A stretch of DNA of 64,000 nt from an uncultured delta proteobacterium. GTDB taxonomy: Bacteria; Desulfobacterota; Desulfomonilia; UBA1062. Both the position numbers and the translations under genes were made by a program. The stretch is taken from the NCBI GenBank assembly GCA_963798485.1, contig CAWCTR010000007.1, positions 288,001-352,000 on the forward strand, written 5' to 3'. Below the pieces are notes generated by a model. It was not told the origin of the DNA. It saw only the letters and a list, made by a program, of their open reading frames with translations, and ran no database searches. Positions 1 to 8,937 of this stretch are shown piece by piece (position 1 is the stretch's first letter; every line of letters starts with the position of its first letter).

Positions 1-1
1 G

Positions 2-454
2 GTCATCGATACGGTCATGAACGCAATCGAGATCACCCGTGGCACATTGGAGCTTTTGCAGACGCTCAAGATCATGGGCTACAAGATCGGGCTCATCGCA
101 AACGGCTTCTCTTTCTTCACCAATGCAATCAAGTCGCGCATCGGCATCGACTATGCCTTTGGCTTCGAGCTCCCCGTGGACGACGATACCCAGGCCATTG
201 TCGGCGACCTGCCCGTAGGCCTGATGCACCCCCTGGAGCGCCCAAAGATCATTGCGAGCATCATGAGGGCAGAGCGCATCGAGGAGGAGGACATCACCAT
301 AATCTCGGACACGGACATCGACTATCCCACAACACCGGGCATCCGCCTGACTTTCAACATGAAGGTGCTCCTCGACCTGGTGAACCAGCACGCGCTGAGC
401 CGCGAATCGCTCACCGGCCTGCTCCGAAGCTTCGGACTCCCCAGGCTCTCATAG
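2..454 (+). CDS. SerB-like (phosphoserine phosphatase-like) HAD domain protein, 5' truncated by the window, catalytic motifs degenerate
   Basis: Frame is open from base 2. TRGTLELLQTLKIMGYKIGLIANGFSFFTNAIKSRIGIDYAFGFEL matches the SerB C-terminal region, but GDGAND is replaced by SDTDID. Confidence 0.7.
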   Translation, partial: VIDTVMNAIEITRGTLELLQTLKIMGYKIGLIANGFSFFTNAIKSRIGIDYAFGFELPVDDDTQAIVGDLPVGLMHPLERPKIIASIMRAERIEEEDITIISDTDIDYPTTPGIRLTFNMKVLLDLVNQHALSRESLTGLLRSFGLPRLS

Positions 455-478
455 GAAAGGCGTTGGTAAGGGAATGGC

Positions 479-2098
479 ATGAAATCCGATATTGAGATAG
501 CCCAGGGCATAGAGCTCAAACCTATTGCCGAGATCGCCGCATCCCTGGGCCTGAGCGGGGATGACCTTGTCCCCTACGGCAGGTACGTGGCCAAGATCCC
601 CATCTCCGTCATGGACCGTTATCAGGAAGCACCGGACGGCAAGGTGATCCTGGTGACCGCCATGTCGCCCACCTCCATGGGCGAGGGAAAGACAACCACC
701 ACTATCGGGTTAGGCCAAGCCCTGAATCAGATCGGCAAAAAGGCCGTCATGGCCATCCGCGAGCCTTCGCTGGGACCGTGCATGGGGCTTAAGGGCGGGG
801 CCGCGGGCGGCGGATACTCCCAGGTGCTGCCCATGGAGGACATCAACCTCCACTTCACCGGCGACTTCCACGCTATCACCACGGCCCACAACCTATTAGC
901 CGCCGTGGTGGACAACCACCTCCACCACAGGCACACCCCTGAGGTGAACCCCCGCCACGTGGTCTGGAAGCGGGTCATCGACATGAATGACCGGTCGTTG
1001 CGCAGCATCATCCTAGGGCTTGAGGACAAGGGCATCAACGGCGTCATGCGCGAGGACGGCTTCGAAATCACCGCGGCCTCCGAGGTCATGGCCATCCTGT
1101 GCCTGTCACAGAATCTCAAAGAGCTCAAGGCGCGCCTCAATAAGGTCATCGTGGGGTATGACTATCTGCGCAAGCCTGTCTTTGCCAAAGACATCGGCTG
1201 CAGCGGCGCCATGACGGCGCTACTGAAACACGCCATCAACCCCAATCTGGTGCAGACCGTGGAAGGCTGCCCGGTGCTGGTGCACGGCGGGCCCTTCGCC
1301 AACATAGCGCACGGCTGCAACACCATTGCGGCAACCAGGATGGCGCGCAAGCTCGCCGACTATGTGGTCACCGAGGCAGGCTTCGGGGCCGATCTGGGGG
1401 CCGAGAAGTTCTTCCACATCAAGTGCCGCACCGCCAGGATCACGCCGGCGGCTGCCGTGCTCGTGGTCACTCACAGGGCCTTTGTCCTGCATGGGATAGA
1501 TAATATAAAGAAGCACTTGGACACGCTCTCCCGATTCGGGGTGCCTGCGGTCATCTCCATCAACCGGTTCTTGAGCGATCCCGAGGACGACCTCGCTACG
1601 CTCAAGAGGCAATGTGAGGCCCTGGGTGCCATCGCCGTAATCACCGACTTCCGCGAGGCAGGCGGGGCGGGGGGCCTGGAGCTGGCCGAACAGGTGGTCC
1701 AGGTGTGCGAGAGGCCGGGTGACTTCCGCATGCTCTACGACCTAGAGCTGCCCATTACCGACAAGGTGCGCACCGTTGCCTCCGCTGTCTACGGCGCCTC
1801 CAGCGTGGAGTTCACTACCCAGGCGGCAACAGAGATTAAAAACATCGAAAACATGGGCTATGGCACCCTGCCGGTGTGCATCGCCAAGACCCAGTCTTCG
1901 CTCACCGACAACCCCAAGGTCCCGGGCTTTCCCAAACAGCCCTTCTCTATCACCGTATCATCCGCCCGCGTGTCGGCCGGTGCCGGATTCGTGGTGATCT
2001 ACACGGGCAAGATCCTGGCCATGCCGGGCCTTCCCAAGACCCCGGCGGCCCTAGCCATTGACGTGGACGAGGACGGTACTATCAGCGGGCTGTTCTAG
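479..2098 (+). CDS. fhs: Formate--tetrahydrofolate ligase
   Basis: KSDIEIAQ start, GEGKTTT, REPSLGP, GGAAGGGYSQV, HGGPFANIAHG, TEAGFGADLGAEKF, MPGLP. Confidence 0.97.
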   Translation: MKSDIEIAQGIELKPIAEIAASLGLSGDDLVPYGRYVAKIPISVMDRYQEAPDGKVILVTAMSPTSMGEGKTTTTIGLGQALNQIGKKAVMAIREPSLGPCMGLKGGAAGGGYSQVLPMEDINLHFTGDFHAITTAHNLLAAVVDNHLHHRHTPEVNPRHVVWKRVIDMNDRSLRSIILGLEDKGINGVMREDGFEITAASEVMAILCLSQNLKELKARLNKVIVGYDYLRKPVFAKDIGCSGAMTALLKHAINPNLVQTVEGCPVLVHGGPFANIAHGCNTIAATRMARKLADYVVTEAGFGADLGAEKFFHIKCRTARITPAAAVLVVTHRAFVLHGIDNIKKHLDTLSRFGVPAVISINRFLSDPEDDLATLKRQCEALGAIAVITDFREAGGAGGLELAEQVVQVCERPGDFRMLYDLELPITDKVRTVASAVYGASSVEFTTQAATEIKNIENMGYGTLPVCIAKTQSSLTDNPKVPGFPKQPFSITVSSARVSAGAGFVVIYTGKILAMPGLPKTPAALAIDVDEDGTISGLF

Positions 2099-2101
2099 CA
2101 G

Positions 2102-2130
2102 GAAACGGGCTCATAGCCCGGTTTGAAAAA
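2102..2130 (+). terminator. Probable hairpin terminator after fhs
   Basis: Inverted repeat AAACGGGCT-cat-AGCCCGGTTT just after the stop codon. Confidence 0.45.
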
Positions 2131-2147
2131 GATGATATTATCTCATC

Positions 2148-2279
2148 GCCCTCAAGAAAGGCGATAAGGTCACTTTAATAGGATTTGGAACCTTCGATGT
2201 AGCCAAAAGAGCAGCCAGAGAAGGTGTAAATCCTCAGGCCAGAAAGAAGATAATGAAAAACATACCTTATTCTACCTAA
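2148..2279 (+). pseudogene. HU (histone-like DNA-binding protein) gene fragment
   Basis: Translates to [43 protein letters not shown]. It carries the GFGTF and R-x-G-x-NPQ motifs; there is no start codon (in-frame TGA at 2133) and the C-terminus is lost. Confidence 0.85.
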
Positions 2280-2351
2280 AACAGGGAATATATTTATACA
2301 ATAATAGCAAATTATTTCATATATTGTCAAGATGATGTATAATTAATTCCT

Positions 2352-2398
2352 CTAACTGTTTGAAATCATTATATAGGATTAATGGCATTGAGATTGCT
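2352..2398 (+). promoter_or_regulatory. Sigma54-type promoter with an IHF-like site upstream of the lipoprotein gene
   Basis: TGGCATTGAGATTGCT at 2383-2398 (GG-N10-GC). TAACTGTTTGAAA upstream is the reverse complement of a near WATCAANNNNTTR site. Confidence 0.65.
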
Positions 2399-2521
2399 TG
2401 ATGATCTTTGGTTAATTCTATCAAGTGATCAACATCTGATCTACTAGGTAGACCTTGAGCAACAGTGATTCAAAGCATCTGAGGTGCTTGAATCCATAAC
2501 ATATTGCGAGGAGAATTATTT

Positions 2522-5398
2522 ATGGATATATTCGTTATCCGGGGCATCATCTTTCGGTCAATCACGATTCTTTCCATACTCATTCTCCTGTCGGGTTGCC
2601 ATCACAGCAGTGGCGGAAGCAGTTCTGCGGTCAACAGTGAGAATGCCGACCTCACCAATCTGGTATTGTCATCAGGGACACTGTCTCCCCAGTTTGATGT
2701 CGACACGACATCATACACCGCTCAGGTTGCTAACAATGTCTCGTCAATAACGGCAATGATGACAACTGCCGATTCAAACTTCCCTATTACCGTGAATGGA
2801 CAAGCAGTGAGTTCTGGTAAGGCCTCTCAATCCATTAATCTCTCGGTAGGTGCTAATACCATCACCATTGTGGTGACGGCACAGGATGGGACAACAACGA
2901 AGACCTATACTGTAGTGATAAAACGACTTGCGAGTAACAACGCCAATCTAGCCGCACTCAGCCTGTCTACAGGAAGCGCATTATCGCCGGTCTTTACCCC
3001 CGCCACGACAGGATACACCGCTCAGGTTGCTAACACTGTCTCGTCAATAACAATAACGCCGACAGCTGCCGATTCAACCTCCACTATTGCCGTGAATGGT
3101 GTAACAGTGAGTTCTGGCGCGGCCTCTCAATCCATTAATCTCTCGGAAGGTGCTAATAGCATCACCATTGTGGTGACGGCACAGGATAAGACAACAACGA
3201 TGACCTATGCTGCAGTAATATCAAGGCTTTCTGCGGCTAACAGCGCCAATCTAACCGGACTCAGCCTGTCTACAGGAAGCGCATTATCGCCGGTCTTTAC
3301 CCCCGCCACGACAGGATACACTGCTCAGGTTGCTTACATTATCTCGTCAATAAAAATAACGCCGACAGCTGCCGATTCAAACTCCACTCTTACCGTGAAT
3401 GGACAAGCAGTGAGTTCTGGTGCGGCCTCTCAATCCATTAATCTCTCGGTGGGTGCTAATACCATCACCATTGTGGTGACGGCACCGGATAAGATAACAA
3501 CGATGACCTATGCTGTAGTGATATCACGGCTTGCTGCGAGTAACAACGCCAATCTAGCCGCACTTAGCCTGTCTACAGGAGGCGCATTATCGCCGGTCTT
3601 TACCCCCAACACGACATCATACACCGCTCAGGTTGTTTACACTATCTCGTCAATAAAAATAACGCCGACAGCTGCCGATTTAAACTCCACTATTACCGTA
3701 AATGGACAAGCAGTGAGTTCTAGTTCGGTCTCTCAATCCATTAATCTCTTGGTAGGTGCTAATCCCATCACCATTGTGGTGAAGGCACAGGATAAGACAA
3801 CAACGAAGACTTATACTGTAGTGATATCACGGATTGCTGCGAGTAATAACGCCAATCTAGCCGGACTCAGCCTGTCTACAGGATGCACCTTGTCCCCGGT
3901 CTTTACCACCAATACGACATCATACACCGGTTATGTTCCTAGCAATATCACATCAATAACAATAACGCCGACAGCTGCCGTTTCAACCTCCGCTATTACC
4001 GTGAATGGACAAGCAGTGAGCTCTGCTGCGGCCTCTCAATCCATTAATCTCTTGGTAGGTGCTAATACCATCACCATTGTGGTTACGGCACAGGATGGGA
4101 CAACAACGAAGACCTATACCGTTAGCACAGTAAGAATTCGTCCTTTCTTGTGGAAATCCGGGGATAAAATAATCAACCAGAGCGGTGTCTATAGCGATCC
4201 TGTACCTGCGAATAATAAACCAGGGGCGCGGGAGGGCAGCGTAAGTTGGAGAGACATCAACGGGACGACTCTCTGGCTCTTCGGCGGATATGGATATGAC
4301 AGCGCAGGGAATTTGGGTGACCTCAACGACCTATGGAAATTTAGTGGTGGCAACTGGACCTGGGTATCAGGGAGTAGTGCAGTTAATCAGAGCGGGATCT
4401 ATGATCCTACTAAAGGAACTGTGCGACCGGGTGGTCGTGATGGCAGCGTAAGCTGGATAGACAGCAGCGGGACTCTCTGGCTCTTCGGCGGGTATGGATA
4501 TGACAGCGTGGTGAACGAGAATGGTTACCTCAATGACCTGTGGAAATTCGACAGTACCAACTTGACCTGGACCTGGGTATCCGGGAGTAATACAGTTAAC
4601 GTGAGCGGGGTCTATGGTGCTACTAAAGGGGTTGCTGGTGGAGGTCCGGGTAGTCGTGCTTACAGCGTAAGCTGGATAGACATCAGCGGGACCCTCTGGC
4701 TCTTCGGTGGGTGGGGATATGATGGCATAGGGGAATTGGGTGACCTCAACGACCTGTGGAAATTCGACAGTACCAACTTGACCTGGACCTGGGTATCCGG
4801 GAGTAATGCAGTCAACGTGAGCGGGGGCTATGGTGCTACTAAAGGAACTATTGGAGTACCGGGTGGTCGTGATAGCAGCATAAGCTGGATAGGCAGCAAC
4901 GGGACGACTCTCTGGCTCTTCGGTGGGAGGGTATATAGCAGCGCAGGGATTATTCTGGGTATGCTCAACGACCTGTGGAAATTCGACGGCACCAACTGGA
5001 CCTGGGTATCCGGGGATAACATAATCAACCAAATAGGTGTCTACTATAGCAGTTCTGCATCTGCGAATAAACCAGGGGCGCGGTGGGGCAGCGTAAGCTG
5101 GAGAGATAGCGTTGGGAATCTCTGGCTCTTCGGTGGTTCAGGATATGACAGCGCAGGGAATGAGGGTTACCTCAACGACCTGTGGAAATTTGACAGTACC
5201 AATTGGACCTGGGTATATGGGAGTAATACAGTTAACCAGAGCGGGGTCTATGGCGGTGCTACATCTCTGAATATACCGGGTGGTCGTGATAGCAGTGTAA
5301 GCTGGATAGACAGCAGCGGGACTCTTTGGTTCTTCGGCGGGTATGGATATGACAGCGCAGGGAATTTGGGTTACCTCAACGACCTGTGGCAATACTAA
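2522..5398 (+). CDS. Surface lipoprotein: 5 cadherin-like beta-sandwich domains plus a 6-blade Kelch/galactose-oxidase-type propeller
   Basis: RBS GAGGAG then ATG 2522; lipobox LLSGC; repeated NANL..LSLS..LSP.F...TT.YTAQV units; repeated LWLFGG.GYD...LNDLWKF units. Confidence 0.9.
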   Translation: MDIFVIRGIIFRSITILSILILLSGCHHSSGGSSSAVNSENADLTNLVLSSGTLSPQFDVDTTSYTAQVANNVSSITAMMTTADSNFPITVNGQAVSSGKASQSINLSVGANTITIVVTAQDGTTTKTYTVVIKRLASNNANLAALSLSTGSALSPVFTPATTGYTAQVANTVSSITITPTAADSTSTIAVNGVTVSSGAASQSINLSEGANSITIVVTAQDKTTTMTYAAVISRLSAANSANLTGLSLSTGSALSPVFTPATTGYTAQVAYIISSIKITPTAADSNSTLTVNGQAVSSGAASQSINLSVGANTITIVVTAPDKITTMTYAVVISRLAASNNANLAALSLSTGGALSPVFTPNTTSYTAQVVYTISSIKITPTAADLNSTITVNGQAVSSSSVSQSINLLVGANPITIVVKAQDKTTTKTYTVVISRIAASNNANLAGLSLSTGCTLSPVFTTNTTSYTGYVPSNITSITITPTAAVSTSAITVNGQAVSSAAASQSINLLVGANTITIVVTAQDGTTTKTYTVSTVRIRPFLWKSGDKIINQSGVYSDPVPANNKPGAREGSVSWRDINGTTLWLFGGYGYDSAGNLGDLNDLWKFSGGNWTWVSGSSAVNQSGIYDPTKGTVRPGGRDGSVSWIDSSGTLWLFGGYGYDSVVNENGYLNDLWKFDSTNLTWTWVSGSNTVNVSGVYGATKGVAGGGPGSRAYSVSWIDISGTLWLFGGWGYDGIGELGDLNDLWKFDSTNLTWTWVSGSNAVNVSGGYGATKGTIGVPGGRDSSISWIGSNGTTLWLFGGRVYSSAGIILGMLNDLWKFDGTNWTWVSGDNIINQIGVYYSSSASANKPGARWGSVSWRDSVGNLWLFGGSGYDSAGNEGYLNDLWKFDSTNWTWVYGSNTVNQSGVYGGATSLNIPGGRDSSVSWIDSSGTLWFFGGYGYDSAGNLGYLNDLWQY
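2642..4125 (+). repeat. Five tandem ~300 bp intragenic repeats (cadherin-like domains)
   Basis: Units start near 2642, 2939, 3242, 3545 and 3848 (spacing 297/303/303/303) and share long identical DNA stretches. Confidence 0.92.
4147..5395 (+). repeat. Six tandem ~210 bp intragenic repeats (Kelch blades)
   Basis: PG.R motifs at about 4220, 4427, 4646, 4859, 5072 and 5276; shared DNA such as CTCTGGCTCTTCGG and CTCAACGACCTGTGGAAATT. Confidence 0.92.
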
Positions 5399-5680
5399 TA
5401 GGCAAGTGAAACCTATCGAGTGACCGTTAGGACCACGGGTTAAGATTTTATGTTTTACCAAATAAGAACAAGGAGAGACTATCAAAACACGATGTATGAG
5501 TGAAAGTTCAAGGAGGCTCTTGTCTTGCAGAACTTGAAAAATAGTGATCTGCAGGAGATATCTTCACAATAAACTGTTTATCTCAAATTCCATAGATTGG
5601 TACGTAAACTATCAAAAACAACCTCTTCCCAGAGTAATGATCTTGTGCCAAACTGTGGAGTTTGAAATAAGATGCCCTTT

Positions 5681-5870
5681 GAGCCCCTTGCAAAACTCAC
5701 AGTTTGCGATAATATTGCAAAAATCAAGATAACTAGTTGATATAATGAAGAGAATGCTCTATTCTCTTTTTGTAGCGAGCAAGAAGAGAGGAGTAAAGAT
5801 GAGCAATCTCTTCGACATCTGGCATAGCACACAGACGAGACTTTTTCCATGGTGAGAAGAGATGCTTTAA
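5681..5870 (+). mobile_element. Probable remnant of an IS5/IS1182-like element: left end plus transposase N-terminus
   Basis: GAGCCCCTTGCAAAACTC resembles IS5-family terminal repeats. It is followed by TGATATAAT, RBS GAGGAG, and ATG 5799 MSNLFDIWHSTQTRLFPW*EEML*, similar to W..IQ..LFPWLEEEL transposase N-termini (recalled, not searched). Confidence 0.5.
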
Positions 5871-5882
5871 TGATTTACACGA

Positions 5883-6596
5883 GTGCCATCTATGATTGAA
5901 TTGAACGCCGTAACCAAACGATACGGTTCCCTTGCAGCCGTCGACAATGTCTCCTTCTCTGTCAAGACAGGCGAGTATTTCGCTCTGCTTGGACCCAATG
6001 GTGCAGGGAAGACGACGGTCGTCAAGATGCTGCTCGACTTTACACGGCCAACATCGGGAAATTTATCGATAAAAGGCCTTTCAAGTACCCATGCCACCTG
6101 CCGAACCGCAGTCGGCTATCTGGCTGAAAACCACCATATCCCCCCATACCTTTCCGGATGGGAGTACCTGCAACGCTGCTCGGAGCTATTGGATATAAGC
6201 CGGTCCGAGGCCATGGATCAATGCAGGCGCATTGTCGAGTTGATAGGCATGCAAGGCAGGGAATACACCGAGGTAAACACCTATTCCAAGGGCATGATTC
6301 AACGGTTCGGGCTTGGCGCTGCACTCTTAGGAAATCCGAAGCTGTTAATTCTCGATGAGCCCACCTCCGGCCTTGATCCCATCGGTATCAGAGAGATACG
6401 CCTGCTTTTAGAGTCGTTGAAACAACAAGGGATGACTATCTTCCTGAATTCACACCTGCTGTCGGAAGTTGAAAAAATATGTGATACCGCTGCGATCATT
6501 AATCGCGGCAGGCTTCTGGTGAAAGACTCGATTTCCGTTATCGTCAAGGACGGTGATACACTGGAAGATGTGTTTGTAAGGCTTGTAAAAGGTTGA
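5883..6596 (+). CDS. ABC transporter ATP-binding protein (exporter type)
   Basis: GPNGAGKTT, YSKGM signature, LILDEPTSGLD, SH switch. Confidence 0.95.
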   Translation: MPSMIELNAVTKRYGSLAAVDNVSFSVKTGEYFALLGPNGAGKTTVVKMLLDFTRPTSGNLSIKGLSSTHATCRTAVGYLAENHHIPPYLSGWEYLQRCSELLDISRSEAMDQCRRIVELIGMQGREYTEVNTYSKGMIQRFGLGAALLGNPKLLILDEPTSGLDPIGIREIRLLLESLKQQGMTIFLNSHLLSEVEKICDTAAIINRGRLLVKDSISVIVKDGDTLEDVFVRLVKG

Positions 6597-6597
6597 C

Positions 6598-7446
6598 ATG
6601 AAAATGCCGAAAGCCCTTGCCCCCATCATCAAGATTGCCAAATATACGCTTACCGATGAAGTACGGCAGAAAAGTTTCATCGTCATGTTCGTTATCTGCT
6701 CCATATTCGTGTTTCTTGTTCGCGGCTGTTATCATGGAAATTACATGGTTAATGGGCAGGTGCTCGATACCAGAACCGCTGCCTTGACAGTATCGAAAGT
6801 AACCTTCCATGTCATCGCCGCAGGAATGATGCTGATAACGGCTTTACTTTCGATGCGGATATTCAAGCGCGATCGGGATGAGGGGATGCAATCGTGCATT
6901 CTGTCAAAACCGATAACTCGGCGGCAGTACGTTATGGGTAAGATCCTAGGGTTGTGGTCATTATCGGTGCTCTTCATGTTTATCCTGCATAGCATTGTGT
7001 TCTTAATTACCTCCATAAATTTAAATGTTGTTATGCCCGAATACCTCGCTGCCTCACTCCTTTGCTCTTTCAACCTGCTCTTTGTGGTTGTTACCGTGCT
7101 TCTTTTAACGCTTCTTATGCCAGACATCGTCGCTTTTCTTTGTGTTATGGGTATCGCAGTCATCGGCTCTGTGGCCGACGGGATATACGCCATAAACCAA
7201 AGCCGGATGGCGCAGATGATGCTGCTGCAACAAGGCCCCCACCCGCATTCGGGCTTAACATTGTGGAAAGTTGTCTATTATTTGTGGCCGAAACTCTCAG
7301 ATACACAACATCTGGCTTCTTCATTGATCGGCAGCGAAGGATTTCAAGGAATTGGATCAGTATATCCACTCATCAATGTCCTTCTTTATTGCCTTATTCT
7401 TGGTGCATTGTTGTTTCGGTGTTTCAAGAACGAGGAGATAATTTGA
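6598..7446 (+). CDS. ABC-2 type transporter permease
   Basis: Multiple TM segments, ILSKPITRRQYVMGK motif, directly coupled to the ATPase gene. Confidence 0.88.
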   Translation: MKMPKALAPIIKIAKYTLTDEVRQKSFIVMFVICSIFVFLVRGCYHGNYMVNGQVLDTRTAALTVSKVTFHVIAAGMMLITALLSMRIFKRDRDEGMQSCILSKPITRRQYVMGKILGLWSLSVLFMFILHSIVFLITSINLNVVMPEYLAASLLCSFNLLFVVVTVLLLTLLMPDIVAFLCVMGIAVIGSVADGIYAINQSRMAQMMLLQQGPHPHSGLTLWKVVYYLWPKLSDTQHLASSLIGSEGFQGIGSVYPLINVLLYCLILGALLFRCFKNEEII

Positions 7447-7512
7447 TAGAGATGAGTGGCCAGTCGTAACCTCACCATGATTAATTCTTTAGAACCCGTC
7501 CATGATAAATAC

Positions 7513-7938
7513 TCATGGATCCTCATGCACCACGGTATGCCGCATCCCTTTCTTTGCAGCCATCTTGCGCTTCGATTCCAGGCGCTGGATCCGCGATGAT
7601 GCGCTTGGCCGTGTTCTGATCCTGTGCCTGGGTTTTTGGGCGGCCTCTGCAATGATCTCCTGCAGGCGTTCAAGTGCATCGGCTCGGTTGCGTTCCTGGG
7701 ACCTGAAGCGCTGGGCCTTGATGATGAGCACGCCCTCCGTGGTCATGCGTTTGCCGGCAATCCGGATCAGGCGCTCCTTGATTTCCAGGGGCAGGGAGGC
7801 ACAGCCTGAAACATCGAACCTGAGCTGGACTGCGGTTGCGACCTTGTTGACATTTTGACCGCCGGGCCCGCTTGAACGCACAAAGTCCCAGCGAAGGTCG
7901 TCTTCTTCAATGGTAATGTAACGGTTAATCCGTATCAT
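7513..7938 (-). CDS. arfB: Alternative ribosome rescue peptidyl-tRNA hydrolase ArfB
   Basis: RSSGPGGQNVNKV, RSQERNR, basic C-terminal tail. Confidence 0.95.
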   Translation of the reverse strand: MIRINRYITIEEDDLRWDFVRSSGPGGQNVNKVATAVQLRFDVSGCASLPLEIKERLIRIAGKRMTTEGVLIIKAQRFRSQERNRADALERLQEIIAEAAQKPRHRIRTRPSASSRIQRLESKRKMAAKKGMRHTVVHEDP

Positions 7939-7947
7939 AAGTATGAA

Positions 7948-8005
7948 ATGCCGGGGCACTAAGAAGGTCCCCGGCATGATGCCCCGGGGCACCCCCCCGG
8001 GAAAT
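7948..8005 (-). terminator. GC-rich hairpins between the crotonase gene and arfB
   Basis: ATGCCGGGG..CCCCGGCAT inverted repeat plus a second CCCGGGG/CCCCGGG stem. Confidence 0.4.
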
Positions 8006-8007
8006 TC

Positions 8008-8766
8008 TTACATCATGGCCATCACGAACTCGATGGCCCCTCTCACGTCCTTGTCAAAGAAACACTTGAAGCCGTCTTTCCAATTCTCTTCAACAACCCG
8101 CTTCCTGATCCTGTCCGCTGTGGGTTTCTTCAGACCTTCCTTCAGTCTGATGAATGCCCTGCCCGGATGATCGATCCATGTTTTCACGATCTCCTTTGCC
8201 CTGGGGATGAGGTCGGCCTCTTCAACGATCTCGTCCACAATGCCATATTCCTTTGCTCCGTTGATGTCGAGCATCTTTCCGAAGTACATGAGGTCGCGGA
8301 ATTTTTTGTCGCTGTCATAACCGAACCGCATGACCTCGGACTGGGCAATGGTAAGCGACAATCCCAGCCTGATCTCTGACATGCCGATGGTGATCTTTGG
8401 GTGGTTTTTTACAATACGGTAGTCGCTTGCCATGGCAAAGATCAGTCCGCCTGCAATGGCATGCCCGTTCAAGGCGGAGACAACCGGTTTATGACACTCA
8501 AAAAGCTCTACAAGGATCTCTTCCTCTTCATCAAAAAAATCAATGACCTGTTTAATATCCTTGAACCCCATGAACGTGGGGAGGTCGAACCCGCTGCAGA
8601 AGGACCTGCCGGCGCCCGTGAGGATGATGCCCTTGATGGCATCTTCTTCATTGGCCCTTTTTACCATGCCCCTCAATGTCCTCAGCATATCCATGGTAAG
8701 GGAATTCGTCTTTCCGTATTCGAACGTCGCGATGATAATCCCGTCTTCGATCCTCTCGTTCAGCAT
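8008..8766 (-). CDS. Enoyl-CoA hydratase/isomerase family protein
   Basis: FCSGFDL, KPVVSALNGHAIAGG, SEIRLG. Confidence 0.92.
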   Translation of the reverse strand: MLNERIEDGIIIATFEYGKTNSLTMDMLRTLRGMVKRANEEDAIKGIILTGAGRSFCSGFDLPTFMGFKDIKQVIDFFDEEEEILVELFECHKPVVSALNGHAIAGGLIFAMASDYRIVKNHPKITIGMSEIRLGLSLTIAQSEVMRFGYDSDKKFRDLMYFGKMLDINGAKEYGIVDEIVEEADLIPRAKEIVKTWIDHPGRAFIRLKEGLKKPTADRIRKRVVEENWKDGFKCFFDKDVRGAIEFVMAMM

Positions 8767-8937
8767 TGTCTCCTCCTGCTTGGTATGAAATATAGGGCAA
8801 CCCGGTTACAGGGCTACCCTTGTGATATAGCGTATTTTGGAACGGATGTCATGATACAATCAAGGGGATTACATAGGCATAGAGGAATTGAACGGATCAG
8901 TTTTTTCGTGCCTAACTCCGTGTTTCTTAAATAGTCA

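Noticed and set aside
4367-5032. 221-aa repetitive minus-strand ORF
   Set aside because: Antisense shadow of the Kelch repeats.
2642-5395. CRISPR-like array
   Set aside because: The repeats are 200-300 bp, in frame and protein-coding, with no spacer structure or cas genes.
4147-5700. Diversity-generating retroelement acting on the Kelch repeats
   Set aside because: No reverse transcriptase and no non-coding template repeat in the window, and differences between blades are not adenine-specific.
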